A DNA stretch of 64,000 nucleotides from Tubulanus polymorphus (Eukaryota; Animalia; Nemertea), in contig NC_134025.1 in NCBI RefSeq assembly GCF_964204645.1, positions 27,384,299 through 27,448,298 on the forward strand, given 5' to 3'. A program made the translations under genes and the position numbers. A model generated the notes under the pieces. That model was not told where the DNA came from. It was given only the letters and a program-made list of their open reading frames with translations, and did not search any database. Positions 11,101-22,951 of this stretch are shown here, piece by piece. Each line of letters starts with the position of its first letter. The stretch's first letter is position 1.

Positions 11101-14100
11101 TGAGGTAAATCAGAAACATCAGAATCACTGGTATCGGTTCGTTTTCCTGTCATCATTTCTTCCGCCCATCGTTGCACTACCGACATTATTTTGCTTTCTC
11201 GTAACATGGTTTTGTTGGAAATCGGCATTAGCTGTAGAGTGGCCAATATCTGAATAAGAAATTCCCCACAATGATTTTAAAAAAGCGAGAAAATTTTCAA
11301 GGGTTCAGATCGTAAGATGTCGATCTTTTGGATGTTTATGGTTGAAGATTTATGGTCAATAGAAGCAAAATAAGTGGATAGATAACACTATGTTTGAGGG
11401 GTGAAATAGATGTCTTGCCATGAAGAGGCAGAAACCTTGGAATCCTCAATTAATCTAGCATTTTCAAGTTTAAAATAGATTAAATGATAAGTCAATATAT
11501 TTTATACAAAGCTCAAAATGCAATTTCAATATGTAAGATACAGTGGACTCTGTTTGTCAAGGAGTCAATTGCCTCAAATTATTGCAATTTCCTATACCAA
11601 TTCAGGCGATGAATACCTATCATCACTAAAATCGCTCCAACTGCCCCAGAATTTGCTTTCCTCAATGTTAGATCCAAGGCAAGAGGAGTTTGCTGAACAT
11701 GAATAAAATGAACTTACCTGAATTTTCAAATCCTTTGCCGAATCATCCAAATCAGCCATCCAACTCCATAACAGTGATAATCCATGATATTCCAAGAACA
11801 GTCTCAAGCACGCTGGTTCCTTAGTATTTTGTATAATTTTCAGTAAAGCCATTCGGTAATCAATGCCTTCTGAACGCACCATTAATCGACACAAATTCAA
11901 TACATGATTCTTAGTCCTCATTCCATCGAGTTCCGTGATTTTATTGATTTCTTCATCCAACTACAATTAAATATTGTATTCAAGATTGTAAAACGATATC
12001 TGCGTGATTGATAACTAATATAGGAATACATAATATTCAGTAACTTACAAGAAGATCGTCAAATATTTCCTTTCGTTTCTTCTTCTTTTCTTTAGCAGTA
12101 GAAGTAGGAGTTGTTGTAGTCGGGGAAGACTTCAGCGGTTTCATCGGAGTCGACTTCAATTCACCGCCGATGTATCCTCGACAGTTAGCCGAGCCGCAAT
12201 AACATTTCTGAGCTTCCTTGCTGAAATTGTCATCGCACAGAGGCAATTTTAAATCCAAGCTCAAAACCCATTTGTTCATCAAAGCTTTCATATGGATTTT
12301 ACACTGAATTATTAATATCGGTGTGAATAATCATCAATCGTCAATTCATCAAAGGCATGAGACAATAAAACACTAACCCGTATCTTTCAAATTGATAATC
12401 AAAAGTGATTTCTTCTCCCTTGTTCACTTCGTGTTTCGTGAAGAATCCTATACGCAGCTGACCTCCGACACTCCACTAAAAATACAAAACAAAATCATTT
12501 TTTGATTTCCAGGTAAGTAGCCACCCTTCAATATCACAAATAATGGTTGAACATCACGAAAACTACCTTTTGAGTTTCGCTATTCGGGTCGCAGCTGTGG
12601 TTTATAAATCGCGATACGCTGCCTTTACGGGTTGCGTCGATCACTTCATCCGCGTTCAAAGCCATGAAATAGTGATGTTCCTGGTTTTCCTGATCGTATT
12701 CATCGGTACGACGCTTGAACTCACGATAATCGCAAACTTCGCCCACGTACTCCATTATAAACGTGCCACTTATGAAAAAGATAAATGCGCATAATGATAT
12801 GGGATTCTGGCAACGTTACAGTGGCAAGTGAAATTTGACTAGGTTCACTAGCGTACAGTAGGACGTTAACACTGGATTTCTTCTTATTCTCGATTTCTAT
12901 GAATGCTGTACGAAAATCGTGCCACATATGTACTTATTAATCCGAGTTAACCTAGATGCACGACCTGCCTAATTCTATGTTTGAGGGGTGAAATAGATGT
13001 CTCGCCACGTTGAGGCAGAAACCTTGGAATCCTCAATTATTCTAGCATTTTCAAGTTTAAAGTAGATTAAAAGGTAAGTCAAATCTATTTTATGCTAAGC
13101 TGAAAATGCAATTTCAATATGTATAGTAAGACACAGTGTACTCTCTGCTTGCCAAGGAGTCAATTGTTTTAGCCCAGGATTTTCAATGATTTACACTATT
13201 AGTGTAAATCATTGAAAATCCTATTAGTGACTAATAGCAGTTCATATATACAAAGTTAACACATACGGTAATAAATCATCCATTGCCATTAATCCCCATC
13301 CTTTGAAACGAGTTTTAAACGGCTTCACGAATGCATATTCTTTCTGTAAAATAAAAGATGTAAACAATGTAAATCAATTTCTCTGTCATAAGTGTAGCGC
13401 AGGTCTGGCTGAATAAACTTACCTTCTGAAATCTTTTATTGGTACAGTGGTCTCCACAAGGGCAACGTTTACCGCTGAAAATGAAATTGCGGGCCAAATT
13501 GAAGGTGATACATCGTATTAAAAACTGAGAAAACTTCCTCGTTTATATCACCTACCACTCAATCATTAACATTCTGTTTAAGCAATCATCTCCACAAGCT
13601 GCAAAACCCATATCACGATCTTCACGACAAGTCGTACAATCACAGATCATACGTCGTGCTTCCTTCTTAGCTTTACTCAAATTTTTCCTAAAATGCAAAA
13701 AATTTGAAGATTGAGATAGGAAGTTGGATTTGAAGTCAATATACTGACAGTAAGTAAACACAGAAAAAAGTCGCATTTTCAAGTGAGTAAATGAATTTAT
13801 TGCTGCAAGTGTTTTCATTAATGTTGTTTCTGAAAAATTTTGAGGCAATAAATTTATTCACTCAGATTCTACAGATCTGAACTCACCAGATCTGAAGACT
13901 CACCTTTCAGCTAAGTATATGTTATCAGACATTTCTAAATAAGTGGGTGGAGTATCATCAATATGTTCGATAGCGTTTTCCTCCCCGACTTCTCCTTCTT
14001 CCTCAGCTGGTGGAGGTGGTGGGGGCGGAGGCTCATCCTCATTATCTGCCTCTGGTGGAGGTGATGGTGGCGGAGGTGGCAAATCATAATCATCGTCATC

Positions 14101-17100
14101 ATTGCCATCATCGGTACCAAGCATAGCGATCATGTCTTCATCGGGGAGTGGCTCCTGTTTTTCGAACGTAATAACCGTCGGTTCGTCGAACTGTACAGTT
14201 TTTTTCGTGTCGGTCTCTCCGAATAAGCTGCCAGGATTCTTCAAGATGGAGCCGTTAGACAACGTGTCTAGCGATGGTGGATCTCTTTTCAAAGCCAAAC
14301 TTTCCGTAATGAGTCGTTCATGTCTTTCATTCTCTTCATCGTTATCTGTATGGAGTAATGGCGGTGTCGGTGGTTTAGCTATACCGACAGCCCCCATTGT
14401 TTCCTGTGAAGTGGTTTCCGCTTTTTCGGCCTCTAATTCACTAAATCGACGCCATCGAGATTTCACCTTCTCTGGCCGCGACGGGGACGCTGTAACTTGT
14501 GGCGGGTTTTGAGTATTCGAAACATTTGCAGATTCGATTTTCTGGGCTAAAATATTTTGACGTTCACGCATTTTTTCTTCATGTTTCTCTTTTTCCTTTT
14601 GCTCTTCCAATACCTTTATACGTCCACTACGTCTGCGGGTAGGTGTATCTGGTTCATTGGAACCAATTTCATCCGTATTGGTCTCACTAGCTTCAGCGGT
14701 GGTTGCACCGATAACAGTACTGTCGATTATTGGCTGTTGGATGTCTGGAGACTGAGGTAACTCTGGACCCCAACGTGAACGCTTCCTACGAATTGGAGGT
14801 GGCTTTTCGGGGTCAGGTTCAACGAGTATCTCTGTGATTGCTTTCATCCAGTGACGTTCAGCTCCTCCAGGTGAAGGCATTATGATTGTTGGATTTAGTT
14901 CCGATATTGATTCCTGTTGAGGAAATAAATTACCGGCAACTGATAATTCAGTTATTCTTTGCTTAATGAGAGCAGAAGAAACATCTGGTTGGATGTTGAT
15001 AGAGTCGGGTAACTTCTTTATCTCATCTTTGAAAGGTGTAGGCCGAGGTAGTGTAGGCACATTATCAATGTTAGCAGACACAAAAATCTCGTTTGGAGTC
15101 ACCACTCCTGATACTGATAATGGCTGAGGCGTCTGAACATCAGGGTCTTGTGTTACCACTGCAGTACCAGTAGATATAGTTGATTTATTCCTGAAAGGCT
15201 CTGGAAATTTATCCGCCACGTCGGGTAATGGAATACTTGGTGGAAGAACCAAATTCTGACTGGATAATACTCTTGATTCTGGCAACGCAACCATTTCCAA
15301 TGCTGAATGAGGTGCTGACAATGGCTGTTGAACAACACTGGATGCTGGCGCAATGATGGATGTTGGTAGAACAATCTCTGCTGTCAGCAATTGAGGCTGG
15401 GCTTGCGGAATTGTTGACACTGCAGGTAATGCTGCACCAGATGGAGTTGAGGTATCTGATGGCCCTGGTGGCGGTGGTGGAGGTGGAACACAAACTAGGT
15501 TTGGTAACTGAATTTCGGCAGTTGTAGATGTTTGTTTGGATATATCACCGCTATCTTTACTGTCAGCTCCATCAACAGCAGGATTTGGTAGTTGGATATT
15601 GTATGTCCCAGGTGGAGGAGGCTCAATATCTTTGGAGATTACCTCCGGTACAAGTGTTACTTCATCCTCATCATCAGATACCTCCATATCTTTGACTTCA
15701 GTATCATCTTGATTTAAGGCTTCGGTTTGAACCTCTAAGGCATCGGTTTGAACATCCAAAGGCATTGCAGACGGTAATGGAATATTAGGCAGACCAGTGT
15801 CCATAGGAGAGTCAATGCTATCATCATCAGGACCAACCTCAACAATATCATCATTGCCACAAGTCTGTTTATCAAACCAACTAGCTTTTGGACTATCAGC
15901 GCTGAGGAAAACATTGCGAATATTAACTGACTGGCGTTTTGATTCATTGTGCATTTTCGGATATTGTTCCATTTCAGTTGCAATGCCTAATGGCTCAACA
16001 TTCAGTACATTACTTTTCAATTCTATTGAGTGTAGATTTTTTTCACTACTGTTGTTATCATCTTTTTGTACCTGATCATATTTCTCCTCTGGTATACTGG
16101 TCTCTGTGATTATCTCAGCTGGGAGTTTATCAACGATAGTTTTCTGTCCTTCTGTTTCCTCGACATGACCTCTATTCATGTCAGACAGCTCAGTATGAGC
16201 TTTTCCAATTTGAGGTTCATCCATTGAAGTAATCTCAGATTTTCTTTCATCCACAACCAATTCACGCCGTCTTCTACTATGTTCCCCATATCGAGAGTAT
16301 CTTCTCCTTTCCCATTCCTCAGGAGAATCACGCCTTCGATACCTTCTCCTATCCCATTCTTCAGGGGAATCACGCCAACGATGTCTTCTCATTTCATGTT
16401 CTTCTAGTGACTCATACTTTGAATGCCTTTTTTCTTTATCTTCTGGTGTATATCTTGAGTGACGTCGGTCTCTCTCTTCAGGTGAGTCATGTCTCGATTG
16501 CCGCTTCTTTTCTCGTTCTTCAGAAGAATCATACCTAGAATGCCTTTTTTCCTTATTTTCAGGTGTACTAAACCTTGAATGCCTTCTTTCTCTGTCTTCA
16601 GGTGATTCGTGTCTTGATTGCCTTTTCTTTTCTCGTTCTTCAGGAGATTCATACCTTGAATGCCTTTTTTCCTTATCTTCAGGTGTACTAAACTCTGAAT
16701 GCCTTTTATCTCTTTCTTCAGGTGAGTCAAACCTTGCTAACCTCTTCTTTTCTCGTTCTTCAGGTGTATTATACCTTGAATGCCTTTTATCTTTTCCTTC
16801 AGGTGAGTCATACCTTGTTTGCCTTTTCTTTTCTTGTTCTTCTTCAGGTGAATCAAACTTTGAATGCTTTTTTTCCTTATCTTCAGGTGTATTAAGCCTA
16901 GGAGGCCTTTTTTCTCTTTCTTCAGGTGAGCCGAATCTATAGTGTCTTTTCTTATCTCTTTCTTCAGATGAATCATATTTAGAATGTCTTTTTCTGTCTT
17001 GTTCATCAGTATCATATCTTGAATATCGTTTCTTATCTCTTTCCTCAGATGATTCTTGATGAGATCTTTTCTTTACATCATAACCATCCATTAGTTTTTT

Positions 17101-20100
17101 AGGATGTGTAGACTGTTCATCAGACTCCTCATATTTATGATGTCTGTGGTGTTTAGTCCTTTCACGTTCATCTGAGGAGGCATGCTTGGTCGAATGATTT
17201 TTCTTCTCGGGCGAATGCATTTTCAAATCTTTCTCTTCAGATGAGTCATAATGAGAATGCTTCTTTTTTGGCTTCTCTGGTGGTGATGGATCAAGTCTAT
17301 CGGTATCCTGATCATCAGAGATTTCGTGTCTTTTCTTTTTCTCATGATGTGGAAAGTCATAGTGATTAAAACTTTTTGGTTTATCTGAATCTTTCGCCAA
17401 CTCGATATCATCATATGAATTGCGTTGAGAATGTTTTTTCTCTTTTTGTTCTTCAGAGGAATCATAGTGGGAATGTTTGTTTTTCTCCTTTTGTTTTAAA
17501 CCTGTCTCATGTTGTCTGTTATATCTCCTTGATTTTGGATCCTCGTCATCTGAGCATTTTTCTGAATCTTTTTCATTCAGTGTCTCTTTTTTAATCAATG
17601 ATTCCACTGAATCTTCCCTTCCTTTAAAATCCTTTTCTTTAGAGATAGAACTATTATTCACTTCAAGTTGACTATGTTTTTTAACTGGATCTCCAAACTC
17701 GATGTACTTTGGCAAATTGACAATTATCTCATCGTCTTCCTCATCCTCATCATCTGCTAGATTTTCTTTTTGAGGCGATTCAGACTTTTCAGGACTAGAC
17801 GGAGATTTCACACTTTTCTTTCCGAAACATTCAACCTGATGATGATGATCAGGATTGGACTCTTTATTCGAATGTTTCGAATAACGCTCTGGTGACTCGT
17901 AGTGCCGAGTACGTCTCCTCTCAAAACAATGAGTTTCTTCTTCATCTAATTCTACAGATTCATGATGACCTTTTCTAACTTCCTCTCTTTCGAGATTTCT
18001 TCGCTTGTGACTAGATTTTTCTGAATGTTCATGTCTTTTACGATCTGTAAGTGTTATTTCAGGAGAGTCTGCAACCCTGTGGCTTGAAGACGTTTTCTGA
18101 GCCGTTGATTGATGTCTATCATGGTACCACTTGTCAGATGTGTCACATCTATGTAATTTTATTTCTGGATTTATATATGTTGTCTTAAATTTCTCAAAGT
18201 TGACATCGATGAGTTCATGATGTTTCCTCGTCTGGTTTCGAGTTTTTGGTGGTGTTGCTTCATCATAATCGGCTTCATCTTCATCAGTGTCTTTAACTTT
18301 ACCGGTTCTTTCAATTTCTATTTTTTGTTCCCAACTTGATTGACCAGTGCCATCTGTAGAATTTGATCGCCTTTTCCGTCGAGTATGGATGATATCTTTA
18401 GGTTTATCATTAGAACTAGACCTGCGAGTGATTCTTCGAGCTGGAGTGTGATGTTGATCAGTTTCATTCTTATCAATTGGCTCTTGTTCCGCATCTTGAC
18501 TAATTTTTTCATCATCATCCTTCCCGGATTTCTCGTTTCTTGATGTCGACTTACTGGCACTTCTACTTTCACTTAAAGACAATTGTTTTTCATTTTCAAA
18601 ACCATGACTGGATCTCGTAGTTCTCCGAGGTGGGGTCTTTGAATCATCGCCAAATACAGAACTTACACTTGCACCCATTTCTTCATCATCAAATGGCAAT
18701 GGACGTCTATAGATTTTCTTCCCTTTCGGAACTATGGTAAATCCAATTTTTGATGGAGGTTTTACAGTTTCTTCATTAGTGGTTGTTAATTCTTCCGTAA
18801 CAGATTCCTGAGTTGAATGTGTCCTTGTCTTATCCGGTATCTGAGATATCTTAGTGTCCTCATGATGCACAACTGGCTTTGATTCATCAGACGAATCAAT
18901 ATCCATTGGAACAGGGTCTGTAATTATATCCTCAGGGTCCACATGTTTCTCTTCTCGCGGTATTTTTGAAGAATCGGGTTGTTTCGCGTTAGCATCTCGG
19001 GATGGAGGTATTGGGATGGAGCTAATATCTATTTCCATTTTAATATCATCCGACTTCCTTTTTACGGAGTCCTTGCTATATTTTTCGGGTGAATCAGCTC
19101 TTTTTCGATATGGACTAACAGTGCGTCGACGCAATTTTCGATCTCGAGTATCATCAATTTCATCTCGATGATCTCTGTATCTGTATCGTCCGTATCGATC
19201 TCTTTCATCGTAACTGTATCTATCACGATGGTAATCAGTTCGTCTATCAGATCGAGACCGATATCCTCCACTCCTGTAATCGCGACCAGGCTTTTTCTCA
19301 TAATCTTCTTCATTTCTACCCCGATGACGGGCTTCTCTAAATGAAGCTTCCTTTTTCTCGTCAGATTCAGTTTTTTCATCAGCTGCCTCTTGAATACGAG
19401 TTTCGGAGCGATTTTCATCTTTTTGACGATCATGAGAACGGGTCCTGCGTTTAGATGAACTATCTTCATATTTGCTAGAGGTTTCTTTAGTATCTTCATT
19501 TTCATCAGGTCTATTTTTTTGAGAACGATCGGTCGATCTTGTTCGTCTCGGCGAAGTCTCTGTCATTTCTGATTGAACATCTTTAGACTTGTAAATGGTT
19601 TTTGCCTCTTCCCCATCTTCTCTTAATTGCGTCATACTCTGATCAGAAGATGATTTCTCTTCTGTATCTAGACTATTCCGCCTATGTCGACTTGATCTAC
19701 GCAGCTGCAGCTTTGAATCCTCTTCACTCTTATCATCTTCATTATCATCTCCTTTTTTGTCCAAAAACTCAGTCACATTTTTCTCTTCTTTCAGTTTTTC
19801 AAGAGAATGATCTATCGATTTTGGTTCTTTAGGAAGAAGAGATTCTTTTGTTTCCTGTCGTTCCTCCTCATCATCATCATCGTCTGCATTTTTCATCATT
19901 CTCGTGCGAATACGTGGCTTAATCTGAAATGATATCTTACTAGAATGATCTTCACTTTCATCTGCCTTATCTTTTTTCTTGCGCGTTTTTGCCATGTCAA
20001 AAACTGATGCCAACGAGATCACTGGTGCTTTGTCTGTAGTATTCAAATCAACTTCCCTGTGAAAAGGAAAACAATAACAAAGCATAAATGGTAGAAACAA

Positions 20101-21262
20101 GGAACTGTCATTGCTTATCTTAAGCATAATAATATTCTATTAAAAACAGTAGAATTCTGAATTCAGTAGAATGTGGTTATTTGTAGAGATTGAAGACCTA
20201 TCTATGTGCAACTCAGATGCGATATAGATAAAAGATAAGTAAATCAATTTATTTGCCATCCAATGCTTGTATACAGATTGATGCGTGATTGAGGAAATCA
20301 ATAAAAAGAACTAGGTAGATAGTTAGTTTCCTTTCATGGAATACTTGATTATTCTCTTTTCTTGCATTTATTCATGTTTCCACTGATTATATCAATATCT
20401 GAATTTCTTCAATAGATTGTGCTTCAACAACTCATCATAGATATCCTACTGATAATAGCATTAATCCAGACAATCCACTATTTCTACCTTATTATGTTAT
20501 GACGCTGATCGTGCATACAGCTCTCAGTGAAGCCATTCTGCACTGAATGAGTCAAACCCGCCATATTGGATTTGAATACACATGGAGAAGAAACAAATAA
20601 TGGCTTCTACAAGCATAAAACATCACGGGGATTTGGCCACTGTATTATTTACCAATGAAAGTAGCTGGGCTTTAAACACATATACATGGATATATCAAAG
20701 CTTAGATGATGAGTGATCTATAGAGAATACATGAACATATACTTCGTGTAACAGTATATCTGCAATACATTAGCTAGTATAACAACAACACTGAATTCAG
20801 GTCGCTGCCTTTCATATTGGAAAGAATACCTTTCGAATTAAGAGTAATATTGTTATACATTGAATCTGTTGACCTTGATAAATAATTTCAACTAAAAAAG
20901 CTGAATTCATCGAAATCTGATATGCATACAACGCAATTACGGTATGCCTAGACCTTGATATGAATCAGTTTGTTCTACCATAACTCAAACACATACAGCG
21001 AGATGAAAATTGTGTTTTTGAACATGCAACATTGGTGAATCAACCCTATACACAATAACCAGATTTACAATTCTAAGATCTAATATCTAAATTAACTAAT
21101 AATAATGACAAACAAAAGATTAGGTCTGGCAATTCTTATTTCGTAAAGACAATGATAAACAACGATAAAAAAGCTTATCATATACCATACATAGCAATCT
21201 CAGTAGAATCAATCTATGCTGCATACTTACTCTGTTGGTTCAGCTGGATCATACTCCATCAT
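5147..21262 (-). CDS. SETD2: Histone H3K36 methyltransferase SETD2 (multi-exon)
   Basis: First coding exon 21231-21262 ([11 protein letters not shown], like human YDPEHPT) joins a ~6.1 kb exon (13903-20057) in phase 2. Domains: AWS ([13 protein letters not shown]), SET (EYVGEV...[10 protein letters not shown]), post-SET ([13 protein letters not shown]), WW ([19 protein letters not shown]) and SRI ([14 protein letters not shown]...[11 protein letters not shown]). TGA at 5147-5149. Confidence 0.96.
10602..10736 (-). ncRNA. Box H/ACA snoRNA, SNORA14-like, divergent copy in a SETD2 intron
   Basis: Hairpin, H box AAAUAA, hairpin, ACA+3 nt. The 3' pocket UCCA/AUUUCAC starts 14 nt before ACA. Homologous to the two copies below. 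Confidence 0.65.
11388..11523 (-). ncRNA. Box H/ACA snoRNA, SNORA14/ACA14-like, in a SETD2 intron
   Basis: 5' hairpin UGCAUUUU...AAAAUGCU, H box AGAUUA, 3' hairpin UGAGG...CCUCA, ACAUAG. Pocket UCCAA/AUUUCAC is complementary to 18S GUGAAAU-U-C-UUGGA with canonical 14-nt spacing to ACA. Confidence 0.82.
12975..13111 (-). ncRNA. Box H/ACA snoRNA, SNORA14/ACA14-like, in a SETD2 intron
   Basis: Close paralog of 11388-11523 with H box AGAAUA and the same pocket and ACA box. Confidence 0.82.
13176..13222. repeat. Perfect 23-bp inverted repeat with a 1-nt spacer
   Basis: aggattttcaatgatttacacta-t-tagtgtaaatcattgaaaatcct, overlapped at its end by the 8-bp palindrome ctattagt-g-actaatag (13221-13237). 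Confidence 0.9.
16290..17070 (-). repeat. Coding tandem repeat in the SETD2 giant exon (13-14 aa units, 40-aa/120-nt higher-order period)
   Basis: Units such as [14 protein letters not shown] / [13 protein letters not shown] / [13 protein letters not shown]; aggtgtactaaac recurs at 16561 and 16681. Confidence 0.9.
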
Positions 21263-22643
21263 TCGCGAGGTTTCTGATACTACAATAAAGCCTACGCAAT
21301 CTTCATCAGTTTCCAATTCCTTTGATACGAGTCAGTCAAACAATACCATACTCTTATCTATTACGTATTAAACCGACGATGAATTTCCGTCTGCTTCGCT
21401 GAAGTGGAAAAAAGATATACTCGATTTAAAACCGATCATTGAAAACCTCTAATCTAAGGATGGGAAACATATGTTTAAAATTGATGGGTGGATAAAACCT
21501 CAAGTAAAGGCAAATGCTAGTTTATTGTGAAAAATTTGAAATCTTTTAATTACTTATTGGTATCCAAAATCATAGGCCTATATGCATGTACGATAATATT
21601 TGATCATGTGGATAACATAAGCAAAGTAAAAGGCATTAAATCCTGCCAGAAATTAATTCAGTTATTCTCAAACATTGAATAGCTTATTTTCCTAAGATAA
21701 CGTTAAGATTAATACGAAAAATTCAAAGGCTTCAGTACTTCAGCTCCATCCTAGCTAAAACCAACATTTCTGTTTTAAATTCAAAGCCTGTAACCTATCA
21801 GCCTATCTGTAGATTCCTCTCGGATTTCCTTCTAGTAAAACTCGAAAGGTCTTCAGTTCAATACATATGAAGAAACTAATGGCACTAATAGGCCTAATTG
21901 TTTTAACAGGAAATTTGGGGAGATAGGCTACTCGGTAATTCTGGACAAGAATTATATTGCTTAAGTGGAAGATTACTTCTGATCAAAGGACAACATCAGG
22001 CATGTTGGAAGCAATTTTTCATTACCACAGCCAAATGCTGATTTTTGAAAAGTTCTATTATGTTGCTGCAGCGAATTTACTTCAATTTCTTTAAAAACAT
22101 GGTATTCAAAAAAAAAACGTCATTCAGTAAATTATTGCTGGTGCTTTCGTCGCTGCACTTCCAATGCCACTGGAACATTCCTACCCACCCCTCTAATAAA
22201 AAAAACCTAAAAACTAATTATCCGATGATGACGATTGGATTGATGATGAAACTTGCCTTTTTTTGGCACTATCCATTATTGTCAGAGTCAGGGTTATGGT
22301 TAGGTTACTAAGAGACACATGCTGTGCAATCGCTCAGTATAGTAAAAGATACACATATCCGTTTATATCTACGGTATTACTGATGAGCTGAGTTAACTAA
22401 CTGAATACGCGGGACTACAACTAAACGAAGGGAGCCCTGGCAAGTGAGTATTTTGTGCTCGTGCAGTCGATGGAGCTTCATTTCGAACTTAAAGGCACCT
22501 AAAACGATCATTTAAACCATGCTAACAAATATAATTTTAAGCGAGTGAACATACCGAAAACATCGACGAGTGAAACGGTTACTTTAACTAGAATACTGCA
22601 ATTTAGAGCGTTTCTTTTCCGTGGATTGGGTCGCCTCCGCCAT

Positions 22644-22951
22644 TATTGACAGCATCCGGGAACTCGAGATTATTTTACTAATTTGTTTTCTAAATTTCAT
22701 TTTATCAATTTTAACGCCATGGTCATGAAGTTTCGTGTAAATTAGAAATGAGATATCGATATTTCTGTCAAAATGAATGTATAAATACGAGAGGGAGTTC
22801 AGGAATGATTCATATGCAAATTAGTATTAACCGCCGCCATATTGTGTGGAAAAGTTGACGCTTCTGAAACTAAAACTGCGCAATTCTTCAATCCAGATTC
22901 ATCTGCTTTCAAATAATTACCGAGTGCGTTTAGTATTCTTCAAGCAACTTT
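22644..22951. promoter_or_regulatory. Putative bidirectional SETD2/EIF1 promoter
   Basis: About 300 bp separate the putative SETD2 first exon (donor at 22554) from the EIF1 ATG. YY1-like CCGCCAT at 22637-22643 and 22834-22840; octamer ATGCAAAT at 22814-22821. Confidence 0.55.

Noticed and set aside
16290-17070. CRISPR-like periodic array
   Set aside because: In-frame degenerate coding repeat in a eukaryotic exon, with no unique spacers or cas genes.
13935-19832. Many short ORFs overlapping the SETD2 giant exon
   Set aside because: Shadow frames of low-complexity coding sequence.
20058-20127. N-terminus of the 2075-aa ORF as the SETD2 start
   Set aside because: It is intronic polypyrimidine tract; the acceptor lies at 20058-20059.
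22380-22440. Hammerhead ribozyme suggested by CUGAUGAG
   Set aside because: No stem II followed by GAAA, and no compatible stems I/III.
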